Part shown: piece after piece, positions 42,043 to 51,801 of the stretch | Numbering within the stretch: the first letter of the stretch is position 1 | How the letters are laid out: every line of letters starts with the position of its first letter | Assembly: GCA_963667255.1 (NCBI GenBank) | Contig: OY762940.1 | Location: 832,001-896,000 of the forward strand | DNA: 64,000 nt | Direction of reading: 5' to 3' | Source: Candidatus Cloacimonadota bacterium | GTDB taxonomy: Bacteria > Cloacimonadota > Cloacimonadia > G963667145 | Notes under the pieces: generated by a model | The model's database searches: none | What the model was told of the DNA's origin: nothing | What the model saw: the letters and a program-made list of their open reading frames with translations, nothing else | Position numbers and translations under genes: made by a program

Positions 42043-43397
42043 AGTATCTCCTTGCCGTATTTATAGATATCGCCGGCTCCAAAGGTAATTAGGATGTCGC
42101 CAGGTTTCAAAAGTTCCAGCGTAGTTTTGACTATGTCTTGATTAGTGCTAATGGTGTGAACGCCGTTGTGATTGCATTTGATGGCTGCTTCGCTGATGAG
42201 CAAATTCGTAACACCTTCGATTTTCTGCTCTCTGGCAGGGTATATCGGCGAGACCAAAACCAAATCTGCATCCATAAACGATTTGCCAAATTCTTCCGCA
42301 AAATTTAGAGTTCGCGAGTAGAGATGAGGTTGAAATAGAGCAACTATTCGCCCTTCAGTTGTATTTCTCACACCTTTGAGAGTGGTTTTGATTTCTGTCG
42401 GATGGTGGGCATAATCGTCGAAAATAGTGATATCGCTTGCGGTGCCGATTTTTTCCAAGCGTCTTTTTACTCCGCTAAAGTTTTGCAAAGCGGTTTTGAT
42501 GGTCTCAAAATCCAAATCGAGTTCCAGTCCAATTGAAATTGCCAAAAGAGAGTTCAGGATGTTGTGTTTCCCAACTAAGTTTACATCTATTCTGCCCAAC
42601 AATTTATTGTTGTGATACAGGTCAAAATTGGAAATGCCATTTTTAAATTCAATGTTCTTTGCCCGCAAATTTGCTTGTCTGGAAAATCCGTAAGTGACGA
42701 TTTTTTTATCTATCTTGGGTAAAATATCTTTGATGTTTTCGTCTTCCAAACATACGGTAACCGAGCCGAAAAATGGCACGCTGTTAGCGTATTGGATGAA
42801 AGCTTTTTTCACTTCTCCCAAGTTCTCATAACAATCGGTGTGGTCTAATTCGATGTTGGTTATACCCGCTAAAACCGGAGTTAATGTTAGGAAAGAGTGG
42901 TCGTATTCGTCCGCTTCTACTACCACATAATTGCTATCGCCCATTTGGGAGTTGCTCCCGATATTTTTGACAATTCCACCGACGATGATGGTCGGAGATA
43001 GTTTTGCGAAATTGAGCAAATGCCCGACCATAGATGTGGTTGTGGTTTTGCCGTGGGTCCCTGCAATGCCGATACCAAATCGCATTCGCATCAACTCGGA
43101 GAGCATTTCAGCCCGTTTAATGACGGGAATGTTTAGGCTTTTGGCAGTTACTACTTCGGGGTTATCCTGTTTCACGGCAGATGATATGACGACTACATCT
43201 ATCTCTTTGTTAATCAGCGAACCGTCGTGACCTTGAGTTATTTTCGCACCATTTTTTATCAGTTCCAGACAGTTTTCGTTCAGATTCATATCGGAGCCGG
43301 TGATGGTAAACCCTTGGTTTAGCAAGATACCAGCTATACCACTCATCCCGATACCTCCGATACCAACCATATGTATTTTTTTGGTTTTTCGTAACAT
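42006..43397 (-). CDS. murC: UDP-N-acetylmuramate--L-alanine ligase
   Basis: GIGGIGMSG, GTHGKTTT, EADEYD, DDYAHHPTEI, FQPHLYSRT. Confidence 0.97.
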   Translation of the reverse strand: MLRKTKKIHMVGIGGIGMSGIAGILLNQGFTITGSDMNLNENCLELIKNGAKITQGHDGSLINKEIDVVVISSAVKQDNPEVVTAKSLNIPVIKRAEMLSELMRMRFGIGIAGTHGKTTTTSMVGHLLNFAKLSPTIIVGGIVKNIGSNSQMGDSNYVVVEADEYDHSFLTLTPVLAGITNIELDHTDCYENLGEVKKAFIQYANSVPFFGSVTVCLEDENIKDILPKIDKKIVTYGFSRQANLRAKNIEFKNGISNFDLYHNNKLLGRIDVNLVGKHNILNSLLAISIGLELDLDFETIKTALQNFSGVKRRLEKIGTASDITIFDDYAHHPTEIKTTLKGVRNTTEGRIVALFQPHLYSRTLNFAEEFGKSFMDADLVLVSPIYPAREQKIEGVTNLLISEAAIKCNHNGVHTISTNQDIVKTTLELLKPGDILITFGAGDIYKYGKEILSKLEQSSPTSE

Positions 43398-43569
43398 TTA
43401 TTCGTCCCTTGTAAAAATTTGATTTTATAAATTAAGTAAGAGAAAAATTGACAAGATATTTTTTTGATTGACTGAAAATTAAAATTTTTTATTTGCTCCT
43501 GAATATGGGAAGGATGATATAAAGTTTCAAAATTATGAGTGATGATTGTTGAGTTGATAAGGATAAAAG

Positions 43570-44310
43570 ATGATTAAAAATAAGAAAATAGTTGTTGTAA
43601 TGCCTGCATATAATGCGGAAAAAACTTTAGAAAAAACATATTCGGAAATTCCTTTTGATATTGTGGACGATGTAATTCTTACTGACGATTTTAGTAATGA
43701 TGATACTGTTAAATTGGCACAAAAGTTAGGGATCAAAAATATACTGAGACACCAAAAAAATTTGGGATATGGTGCAAATCAAAAAACATGCTACCAAAAA
43801 GCGTTAGAATTAAATGCAGATATTGTTTTAATGCTACATCCGGATTATCAATATACTCCCCAGCTAATACATTCTATTTGTTATATGATTGCTGATGGTG
43901 TATTTCCTGTGGTTTTGGCTTCCAGAATTTTGGGAAAAGGGGCTTTGAAAGGTGGTATGCCCCTTATTAAATATGTTGCCAATAGATTTTTGACATTTGC
44001 CCAAAATATTTTTTTGAATCAAAAGTTATCGGAATATCATACAGGTTACAGGGCTTTTTCTGCTGAAGTAATTAAATCTATAAATTTGAAAGGGAATTCG
44101 GATGATTTTATTTTTGATAATCAAATGTTAGCACAGATATTTTATAAAAATTATGAAATCGGAGAATTGACTTGTCCTACTAAATATTTTTCCGAAGCTT
44201 CTTCCATTAACTTATGGAGAAGCACAAAATATGGAATTGGTGTTTTGTTTGTTTCATTGCAGTTTAGGTTAGCTAAATTGGGATTTTATAAAAGTAACTT
44301 ATTTGATTGA
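43570..44310 (+). CDS. GT2 glycosyltransferase (DPM-synthase-like)
   Basis: VMPAYNA, DDFSND, NLGYGANQK, HPDYQY, SEYHTGYRAF. Confidence 0.9.
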   Translation: MIKNKKIVVVMPAYNAEKTLEKTYSEIPFDIVDDVILTDDFSNDDTVKLAQKLGIKNILRHQKNLGYGANQKTCYQKALELNADIVLMLHPDYQYTPQLIHSICYMIADGVFPVVLASRILGKGALKGGMPLIKYVANRFLTFAQNIFLNQKLSEYHTGYRAFSAEVIKSINLKGNSDDFIFDNQMLAQIFYKNYEIGELTCPTKYFSEASSINLWRSTKYGIGVLFVSLQFRLAKLGFYKSNLFD

Positions 44311-44398
44311 TTTTTTGGGATACAAGATTTGATAGATATTTGTTTTGGTTCAAGACAACTTGACAAGCAAATTACACCAGTTAAGATAGTATATGCCG

Positions 44399-44900
44399 AT
44401 GAGTAACAAGGGTGTAAAAAATGCCAAAATTTCGGAAGAGAAATTTAGAGAAATAACTATGTATTTTTCTTTAGATATTGAAGCCAGTAGAACTGCAATT
44501 TTGACTAAAATTTGTAGAAATACGAGTAATAATTATTTGTTCAAAATTGGAGAAAGAATTGTTTAGTTTTGCTGTGAAGATTCTCAATTTTCTGGTATAA
44601 TTGAAATAGATGAATCTTATTTTGGTGCAAAGCAGTTAAAGGTAAACGAGGGCGTGGAGTTGAGGAAAGATAAAAGTTTTGGATTACTAAAATGAAGTAA
44701 CAAAGTTTATACACAACTGGTTGATAATTGTAGCAGAAAGACACTACAATCAATTATAAAAGAAAGGATAAAAATGTCAGTGAAAATCCACTCTGATGGG
44801 TGGGAAGCATACAATGGGTTAGTCGATTTAGAATATCAAACCCCAGCGATGTGGCCACTAAAATAATGAATTTGCAATAAAAATGGACATATAAATTGGA
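44399..44900 (+). pseudogene. Degraded IS1595-family transposase relic
   Basis: Fragments across frames: KISEEKFREI..F..DIEA, IEIDESYFG (44609), KGKRGRG, VFGLL, IHSDGWEAYNGLVD (44792), NNEFA. Contains stops and frameshifts and is truncated at the 3' end. Confidence 0.8.
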
Positions 44901-44911
44901 GATAATGTTTT

Positions 44912-45877
44912 ATGGACTTTGATATAAAAGCCCCTGTTTTAGCTTTAGTTTTACCTTGTTACAACGAAGAAGAAGTGTTGCCAACAACAATTAGCCGATT
45001 AACCGAAGTGTTGCAAGAATTAATTGGTTTACAAGAGATTTCAGAATTAAGTTATATGATGTTTGTTGATGATGGAAGTTCTGACTTAACTTGGAATATA
45101 ATTGAAAAAAATTTTGAAGCCAATAAATTTATTAAAGGAATTAAATTTTCAAAAAATTTTGGTAATCAAAGTGCCTTATATGCAGGTATGCAATCTGTTT
45201 TAAATAAATGTGATTGCTTGATTACAATCGATGCGGATTTACAACAAGATGAAAGAAGTATTATTAATTTTATAAAGAAATTTAAAACTGGTTCAGAAGT
45301 AGTTTTAGGTATAAGAAAAAGTAGAAAAATAGATAATATTTTTACAAAATTATCATCAACATGTTTTTATAATTTAATGAATCTTATGGGTGTTAAAATA
45401 GTTAAACATCATTCAGAATATAGGCTTCTTAGTAATAAGGCAAACACAGCATTATTAGGTTTTAATGAAGTAAACCTATTTATCAGAGGTTTAGTTAATT
45501 TAATTGGCTTTAAAACAGATTTTGTATTTTTTACTTGCAAAACTAGAGAAAGAGGAAAAACAAAATTTTCAATTACCAAACTTATTTCTTTAGCTCTTGA
45601 TGGAATAACCTCTTTTAGTGTAGTGCCTTTGAAATTTATTAGTGTAATGGGATTATTGATTTTTCTTATTTCAATCAGTATGATTTGCTATGTTTTTTTT
45701 ATTGCTTTATTTACAGAAAAATCAGTTCCAGGTTGGGCTTCTACTGTTTTACCGATTTATTTTCTTGGAGGAATTCAAATAATTTTTATCGGTATATTAG
45801 GCGAATATATGGGCAAAATATATAAAGAAACAAAAAAAAGACCTTTATATTTTATTGAGAAAAAAGTAGGGATTTAA
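44912..45877 (+). CDS. GtrB-like bactoprenol glycosyltransferase (GT2 with two C-terminal TM helices)
   Basis: PCYNEE, VDDGSSD, KNFGNQ, IDADLQ, GILGEYMGKIY.ETK.RP. Confidence 0.92.
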   Translation: MDFDIKAPVLALVLPCYNEEEVLPTTISRLTEVLQELIGLQEISELSYMMFVDDGSSDLTWNIIEKNFEANKFIKGIKFSKNFGNQSALYAGMQSVLNKCDCLITIDADLQQDERSIINFIKKFKTGSEVVLGIRKSRKIDNIFTKLSSTCFYNLMNLMGVKIVKHHSEYRLLSNKANTALLGFNEVNLFIRGLVNLIGFKTDFVFFTCKTRERGKTKFSITKLISLALDGITSFSVVPLKFISVMGLLIFLISISMICYVFFIALFTEKSVPGWASTVLPIYFLGGIQIIFIGILGEYMGKIYKETKKRPLYFIEKKVGI

Positions 45878-45887
45878 GGATTTAAAT

Positions 45888-47474
45888 ATGTTTTTAAAAA
45901 GAAAGAGATTGTTTTTTTGGGGAATAGTGTTTTTTTACTTTATTTTGATTTTTTATAAGGCAAATTTAGGGATTATAGATGATTATAATTTAGCTGGCAG
46001 TTTTTTTGAAGGGAGATTTTTAAGTTTTTTTATTTTCCCTGAAATTGGAAGGTTTTTCCCTTTGTTAGGGCTTGAATACAATTTTGTTTCTCTTTTTTTA
46101 GTTTGTCCTGTTGCATTTTATACTTGCAATGCATTTCAGTTTTTGTTAGTAGTTTTTTTATTGTTCAAAATTTTAGATGAAATAATTATAAATAATAAAT
46201 TGAAATATTTTTTAATTTTAATTTTTATTTTAAGTCCAGGTTTCGTTACAAGTTGGCTTAGATGCTTAGTTGCCGAAAGGGATTTGGTTCTTTTTTTTGT
46301 TATTTTCTTATACTTTTATCTAAAATTTCAAAATAATCAAAAATTATTATTTTTAATTGTAGGGTTATTGTCTGCCAATATAGCTCTTTATTATAAAGAG
46401 CCAGGGTTTTTGATGCTGGGAACTTTTTCTTTTTTCCATCTTATTTTTGGCTGGAAAGAGATAAATGTAAGACGAAGAATCTTTGATTTTTTACTGCTAT
46501 TTTCCAGTTTTATTTTTATTGTGGTTTACTATTTTGTAGTATATATCCATCGTGGTGAATCTTTATATGGAAATAGCAGTTGGCAGCCATTTTTTTATTC
46601 TTTTTCGCTTTTTATAAATTATGTTTTGAACAATCCTCTTCTTTTTCTAAATATAATTTTTTTTCTTTGGAGATGTTATTGTTTTTTTAAAAAGAAAATT
46701 AAATTTAATTTTCTTTATGATTCCATGTCTTTTGCTGCGATAGTTTATTGTTTAGTTTATTTCAAGATGAGAATGTTTACACCTTACTATTTATTACCGG
46801 CTTATGTTTTTGCATTGCCCGCTTTAGTTTATTATTTTAGTAATATTAATTGGAGAGAAAAGATTTTTCTGAAAATTGCTTCAATTGCAACATTATTGTT
46901 AGTTGTTTGTAGTAGTTTACCTGCTGGACTTTATTGGTTCTCTTTTTATAAAAATATACCTCATAATTACCAAAAAACACTTGTTTTTTTAGAACCATAT
47001 ATTAAAGAAAAATTTGCTAAAGGGGAACGAACTAGTATTTTTCTTTATGGAATATATAGAAACTCTAACTCGGAAGTGTATGGGAGTTTTAGGTTTTTTT
47101 TGTGCGAATATAAAAAATTACCTACAATGTCTTTTGATTTGAAAACAGACATAGAATCTAATAAAAATCGTTGTAAAACCGCCGATTCGCCATACTCTTT
47201 TTGGAATAAAGAAGAAATTGATAAAATCGAAAAAGGTGATTTGCTGATTGTAACACCATACACTTACAAAAATTTTTATAAAGATTCTTTTGATGATTTT
47301 GAGACGATTTTTAGAACAAATTCTCCGATTGTTATCCCAGATGTTAGTTTGAGAGCGATTATTAAATATTTTGTTTCCAGCTATATTCATGAGCACTCAG
47401 ATAATCCCGGAATGTATTCCAATAAATTTTTGGGCTTGCCTCAAGATTTTTATGTGCTCAGAAAAATAAGATAG
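45888..47474 (+). CDS. Polytopic membrane protein, putative GtrC/GT-C-type transferase
   Basis: DD after the first TM helix, GRFFP, YKE motif, about 10 TM helices plus a soluble C-terminus; follows the gtrB-like gene. Confidence 0.65.
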   Translation: MFLKRKRLFFWGIVFFYFILIFYKANLGIIDDYNLAGSFFEGRFLSFFIFPEIGRFFPLLGLEYNFVSLFLVCPVAFYTCNAFQFLLVVFLLFKILDEIIINNKLKYFLILIFILSPGFVTSWLRCLVAERDLVLFFVIFLYFYLKFQNNQKLLFLIVGLLSANIALYYKEPGFLMLGTFSFFHLIFGWKEINVRRRIFDFLLLFSSFIFIVVYYFVVYIHRGESLYGNSSWQPFFYSFSLFINYVLNNPLLFLNIIFFLWRCYCFFKKKIKFNFLYDSMSFAAIVYCLVYFKMRMFTPYYLLPAYVFALPALVYYFSNINWREKIFLKIASIATLLLVVCSSLPAGLYWFSFYKNIPHNYQKTLVFLEPYIKEKFAKGERTSIFLYGIYRNSNSEVYGSFRFFLCEYKKLPTMSFDLKTDIESNKNRCKTADSPYSFWNKEEIDKIEKGDLLIVTPYTYKNFYKDSFDDFETIFRTNSPIVIPDVSLRAIIKYFVSSYIHEHSDNPGMYSNKFLGLPQDFYVLRKIR

Positions 47475-47530
47475 AATAAAATAGCTTGACTCCGTTCATA
47501 GTGTTCGCACATTCGACAATGTCGTAAGTA

Positions 47531-48430
47531 ATGCGTAATCAAGGTGTAATTTTGAAAGTAAGAAACTATTTTAATTCTCGTAAAGTTTTGATTGAAGACT
47601 TTATCAAAGAGAGGATGAACAACTATTCGTGTCCCGATTTTCTCAAAAATGGAATGTCGGAGGTGATGCTTCGAGAGGACGACAAGGAACGGGGAATTTT
47701 TCTGTTTGCTGTGTATGAGTCGCTGATGGGCAGGAATAATACAGGTGCTATAAAAAAAATGGTGCCTGTAGCTGTGGCAATAGAGTATATCTATTCGGGG
47801 CTTTTTCTTCACGAGCATTTGCCTATTATGAATATTTATGGGAGCAATGAGTGGCATAAGAAATGCCAAGAGAAATTTGGTTTTGCCAATGTGGTGTTGA
47901 TTGGTGATGCTTTGCTTACTGAGGGATTCGCTATTTTGTCGGAGTTGTCCAAACCGAAGATGGCGGCTTATTGCGTAAAGGCTCTATCGGACGCTTTTTC
48001 CAGCAAGGGGTCGATTGCTGGATATGTTGTTGAGTCTAGTTCCATAGGGAAAAAGATTAAAGAAAATGTTTTGAAGTATATCCACACGAAAAAAACTGCC
48101 AGTATTTACAGGGCGATTGTGGATATTGCTTGTGAGTTTCATGGGGAAGTTAGTCAGGAAATGGCTTTTGATTTGAAGGAATATGCGTTGAATTTTGCTG
48201 TTGCCAAGGAAATCTTGAAAGAGACTGTTCTTTATGTGGAGATGAAAGAGGGAAGCACAAAGGTAAAGAGGATTGAAGACAAGTTGCTTTATCCGGATAT
48301 CGAAGGTTTGGATAGGTCAATCAAAGCTATAAGAAGGTTGCTGAAGACTGCTCAGGATGTTATTGAAGGGTTTGGCAATAATCAGATTTTGTTGGAGTTT
48401 TTGAACAAGCTAAGGTATGATATTCCTTAG
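47531..48430 (+). CDS. Polyprenyl synthetase (IspA)-fold protein lacking both aspartate-rich motifs
   Basis: Retains A.AIE, FG...L.GDALL, YIH.KKTA and YP...GL, but the first motif reads HEHLP and the second KEILKE. Confidence 0.75.
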   Translation: MRNQGVILKVRNYFNSRKVLIEDFIKERMNNYSCPDFLKNGMSEVMLREDDKERGIFLFAVYESLMGRNNTGAIKKMVPVAVAIEYIYSGLFLHEHLPIMNIYGSNEWHKKCQEKFGFANVVLIGDALLTEGFAILSELSKPKMAAYCVKALSDAFSSKGSIAGYVVESSSIGKKIKENVLKYIHTKKTASIYRAIVDIACEFHGEVSQEMAFDLKEYALNFAVAKEILKETVLYVEMKEGSTKVKRIEDKLLYPDIEGLDRSIKAIRRLLKTAQDVIEGFGNNQILLEFLNKLRYDIP

Positions 48431-48458
48431 TGTTGAAATTATGTGAAATTTTATTGTA

Positions 48459-49427
48459 ATGTTTAGATTTTTTTACTATGCTGCTTATCGTTTTAGATGG
48501 GCGGCATTTTTTTTAATAATGTTTTCTTTCAGCGGATTGCATGGGTTTTATGTGGGAAACCAAACTCCGTTTTTCAAGATTTTTGGTGTTCCCAAAGCTG
48601 AATCGGCAAAAATTTTTGCTGGGCAGGAACTTAGTGTAATATCTGATGTGTCGTATAATAGCGTGTCGAGAACCGCTGAGGATAGATTTCTCTATCTGAA
48701 AGGGGAATGCTATACCTTTAATTTTGTCTATTCTTGCAGTGTCGGGGGCAATTGGTCTGTTGGCGTTGAAGTCCCTTATGTTTTGGTTAGGTCTACCAAT
48801 TTAGTCAAGTTTGTTGATAAATATCATTCGTTATTGGGGATAAAAAGCAGAAGTATTAGCTGGTTGGATGCTCCGAGTTATTATTTGAACTTGCCCGATG
48901 CAAAAGTTTTGTGTAATGGGAATGATGAGGCTTTCGGTGATATGCTTTTTAAGGTGAAGAATAATTTTTATAAGTCTGACAATTTTTTTGCAAGTTGGCT
49001 TGTTTATTACAAGTTGCCCACAGGTAAAAAGGATGTCCTCACGGGAAGTGGGAAGAGCGATTTTTCTGTTGCTTTGAGTTGTTCTCACTATATGAAGAAG
49101 TTTGTGTTTGATTGTTTTTGTAGTGGTTCTTATCTCGGAGACTTTGCTCCATTATCAAAATATCAACGGAATTTTGTTTATACTGGAGATGTTGGTATGG
49201 ACTATTTATTTACCAAAAAATTTTCTGCAAGAACGCAAATCAATGGGAGCACAGCATATTACAAAAATACGGGGCTTGGCTCTTTTGATACAGGCTCATT
49301 GCAACTTCTCATCGGAGTAAAATATTTGATGGAGCGTTGGGAGTTTAAATTTTTTGTAGGCGAAGATTTAATCGTTACACATTCACCGGATGTGAGTATT
49401 AGCTTTAGCACGATTTATAGATTTTGA
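48459..49427 (+). CDS. Putative outer-membrane beta-barrel protein (DUF3187-like)
   Basis: Signal-like N-terminus, FGDM, KLPTG...GSG.D, SPDVS and C-terminal YRF barrel signature. Confidence 0.6.
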   Translation: MFRFFYYAAYRFRWAAFFLIMFSFSGLHGFYVGNQTPFFKIFGVPKAESAKIFAGQELSVISDVSYNSVSRTAEDRFLYLKGECYTFNFVYSCSVGGNWSVGVEVPYVLVRSTNLVKFVDKYHSLLGIKSRSISWLDAPSYYLNLPDAKVLCNGNDEAFGDMLFKVKNNFYKSDNFFASWLVYYKLPTGKKDVLTGSGKSDFSVALSCSHYMKKFVFDCFCSGSYLGDFAPLSKYQRNFVYTGDVGMDYLFTKKFSARTQINGSTAYYKNTGLGSFDTGSLQLLIGVKYLMERWEFKFFVGEDLIVTHSPDVSISFSTIYRF

Positions 49428-49495
49428 GTGGCTGGAGACAGAAAAAAAACTTTGACAGATATTCTTGCCAGTTGAGAGTAGCGAATGGAGGAATT

Positions 49496-51337
49496 TTGGA
49501 TTGCAAAGATAAAATTGTTGATATTTCGGGTTACAATAATCAGCAGTTGACTGAGTTAGCCGATGAGTTGCGAGAGCAGATTATAAGCGTTTGTGCCAGC
49601 AATGGCGGGCATATTGCACCATCGTTGGGAACTGTTGAGCTTACTTTAGCGTTGCTGAAGGTTTTTAATCCGGCTGAAGTTCCAATGGTGTGGGATGTTG
49701 GGCATCAAAGTTATGCGTATAAGATTTTGACTGGAAGAAAAGACAGATTTCATACTTTACGCAAACTTGGTGGGATTAGCGGGTTTAATAATATTTTTGA
49801 GAGCGAATACGACGCTTTTTCTGTTGGACACTCTTCTACCTCTATTTCTGCTGCTTTGGGTCTCGCTGTGGCACATCCAGAGAGGAAAGCTATTGCTATT
49901 ATTGGCGATGGTGCTCTCACGGGCGGAATGGCTTTTGAGGGGATTAACCATATTGGCGATTTGAAGCCTTCCAATTTGATAGTGATTTTGAACGATAATC
50001 AGATGTCTATCTCTCCCAATGTTGGTGGTTTGCAAAAAGCTTTGACCGATTTTTTGGTTTCCAAGAGTTACAATTTTTTGAAAAAAGAGGCTTACGATTT
50101 ATCCAAATTTTTGCCGGGGAACATTCGCAATACATTGTTGCATGGCTCAAGGAAGATGGAAGAGAGTTTGCTAAATATTTTTTCCAAGAATATTTTCTTT
50201 GAGGATTTCGGATTTAACTATATAGGTCCTGTCAACGGGCACAATATGCCACATCTGATTAAGGTGCTTTCCAAGATTGATGCGAATGTAAACGGACCGG
50301 TGTTGTTGCATGTCATTACCAAAAAAGGCAAAGGGTTTAGCTTTGCGGAAAAAGACCCTGAGATATTTCACGGGATTGCTCCTTTTAATCGGGAAACAGG
50401 CGAAATTTTGCAGGTGTCAAAACGCAGTTTTGCGAGTGTTTTGGGAGATGAGTTGGAGAGATTGGCTACTGCCAAAAATGATGTCTGTGCTGTTGTGGCT
50501 GCGATGTGTAAGGGTGTTGGCTTAGATAGATTTTCCAAGAAATTTCCAGATAGATTTTACGATGTGGGGATAGCGGAACAGCATGCCGTGACTTTTGCTG
50601 CTGGATTAGCCAGAGGTGGCAAAAAGCCTTTTGTTGCCATCTATTCCACTTTTTTGCAGAGAGCTTTTGACCAGTTGGTTCACGATGTTGCTATGCAAAA
50701 ATTGCCTGTTGTGTTGTGTTTGGATAGAGCCGGTTTGGTGGGAGCAGACGGAGCGACTCATCACGGAGTGTTTGATTTGGCGTATCTCAAGATGATACCC
50801 AATTTTGTAGTCTTGGCTCCTTTTTGTGAAAAAGAGTTTGTGGAGATGCTGAACTGGGCTGCCGATTATTGCGATGGACCTGTGGCTATCAGATATCCGC
50901 GTGGCGATGTGCCTGATGATAAATTCGCTGAATTTGTTTTGGGCAAAGCTGTTGTAGATAGAGCAGGTTCTGCGGTTGCGATTTGTTCTGTGGGAAATAG
51001 CTTGACTGATGCCAGAGAGTTGGTGGACATTATGCACAAAGATGGGATAGATGCTAAAATTTTGCATTACAATTGCATTAAGCCTTTTGATTACACAGCT
51101 TTGGACACGGCTCTCTCGGAAAATATCAGTGAGTTTATCACTATGGAAGATGGTGTTCTCTTTGGAGGATTTGGAGAGACTGTGAGCGATTATCTCTGCG
51201 GGAAGAGGGCGAAAGTTTTCAAGTTTGGCTATGGAGATGAGTTTGTGCCTCACGGGACGGTTGACGAATTGAAAAATAAACTTGGTTTGAAACCAAGACA
51301 AATTTATAAGAAATTTCTTCAAGGGAGGAAGATGTGA
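49496..51337 (+). CDS. dxs: 1-deoxy-D-xylulose-5-phosphate synthase
   Basis: GGHIAPSLG, WDVGHQ, GHSSTS, GDGALTGG, GIAEQHAV, DGATHHG. Start placed at the TTG after GGAGG; the ORF is open from 49424. Confidence 0.97.
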   Translation: MDCKDKIVDISGYNNQQLTELADELREQIISVCASNGGHIAPSLGTVELTLALLKVFNPAEVPMVWDVGHQSYAYKILTGRKDRFHTLRKLGGISGFNNIFESEYDAFSVGHSSTSISAALGLAVAHPERKAIAIIGDGALTGGMAFEGINHIGDLKPSNLIVILNDNQMSISPNVGGLQKALTDFLVSKSYNFLKKEAYDLSKFLPGNIRNTLLHGSRKMEESLLNIFSKNIFFEDFGFNYIGPVNGHNMPHLIKVLSKIDANVNGPVLLHVITKKGKGFSFAEKDPEIFHGIAPFNRETGEILQVSKRSFASVLGDELERLATAKNDVCAVVAAMCKGVGLDRFSKKFPDRFYDVGIAEQHAVTFAAGLARGGKKPFVAIYSTFLQRAFDQLVHDVAMQKLPVVLCLDRAGLVGADGATHHGVFDLAYLKMIPNFVVLAPFCEKEFVEMLNWAADYCDGPVAIRYPRGDVPDDKFAEFVLGKAVVDRAGSAVAICSVGNSLTDARELVDIMHKDGIDAKILHYNCIKPFDYTALDTALSENISEFITMEDGVLFGGFGETVSDYLCGKRAKVFKFGYGDEFVPHGTVDELKNKLGLKPRQIYKKFLQGRKM

Positions 51338-51801
51338 TCAAATTTAATCTTAATGGAAAAGATGTATCTGTTGATGCGGACCCTTTGAAATCTTTGGTGA
51401 GAGTTTTGAGAGAGGATTTGGAGTTGACCGGAACGAAAATCGGTTGTGCCGAGGGAGAATGTGGAGCTTGCACTGTTCTTTTTGAGGGGAAGCCGGTTAC
51501 CAGCTGCACGATGAATCTTATCCATGCCGAGGGTAAAGATGTGAAGACTGTGGAATGGGTTGCTGCCAGCAAATTGGGCGAAGTGATTAAGAAGGCTTTT
51601 TACGAGGAAAATGCTGTGCAATGCGGATTTTGTTTCCCGGGATTTATGGTGACGACTTATCATTATATCTCCAGTGGTGGCACGGACGACCGAGAAAGCA
51701 TCAAGAGAGCGTTGTCGGGAAATGTCTGCCGTTGCACAGGTTATGAAAAGATAATCTCGGCTGTGCAAAGAGCGTGCAACGATGCAAAAGGGGTGAAATG
51801 A
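51334..51801 (+). CDS. (2Fe-2S)-binding subunit, xanthine dehydrogenase/CoxS family
   Basis: GTKIGCAEGECGACTV, QCGFCFPG, GNVCRCTGY. Confidence 0.93.
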   Translation: MIKFNLNGKDVSVDADPLKSLVRVLREDLELTGTKIGCAEGECGACTVLFEGKPVTSCTMNLIHAEGKDVKTVEWVAASKLGEVIKKAFYEENAVQCGFCFPGFMVTTYHYISSGGTDDRESIKRALSGNVCRCTGYEKIISAVQRACNDAKGVK

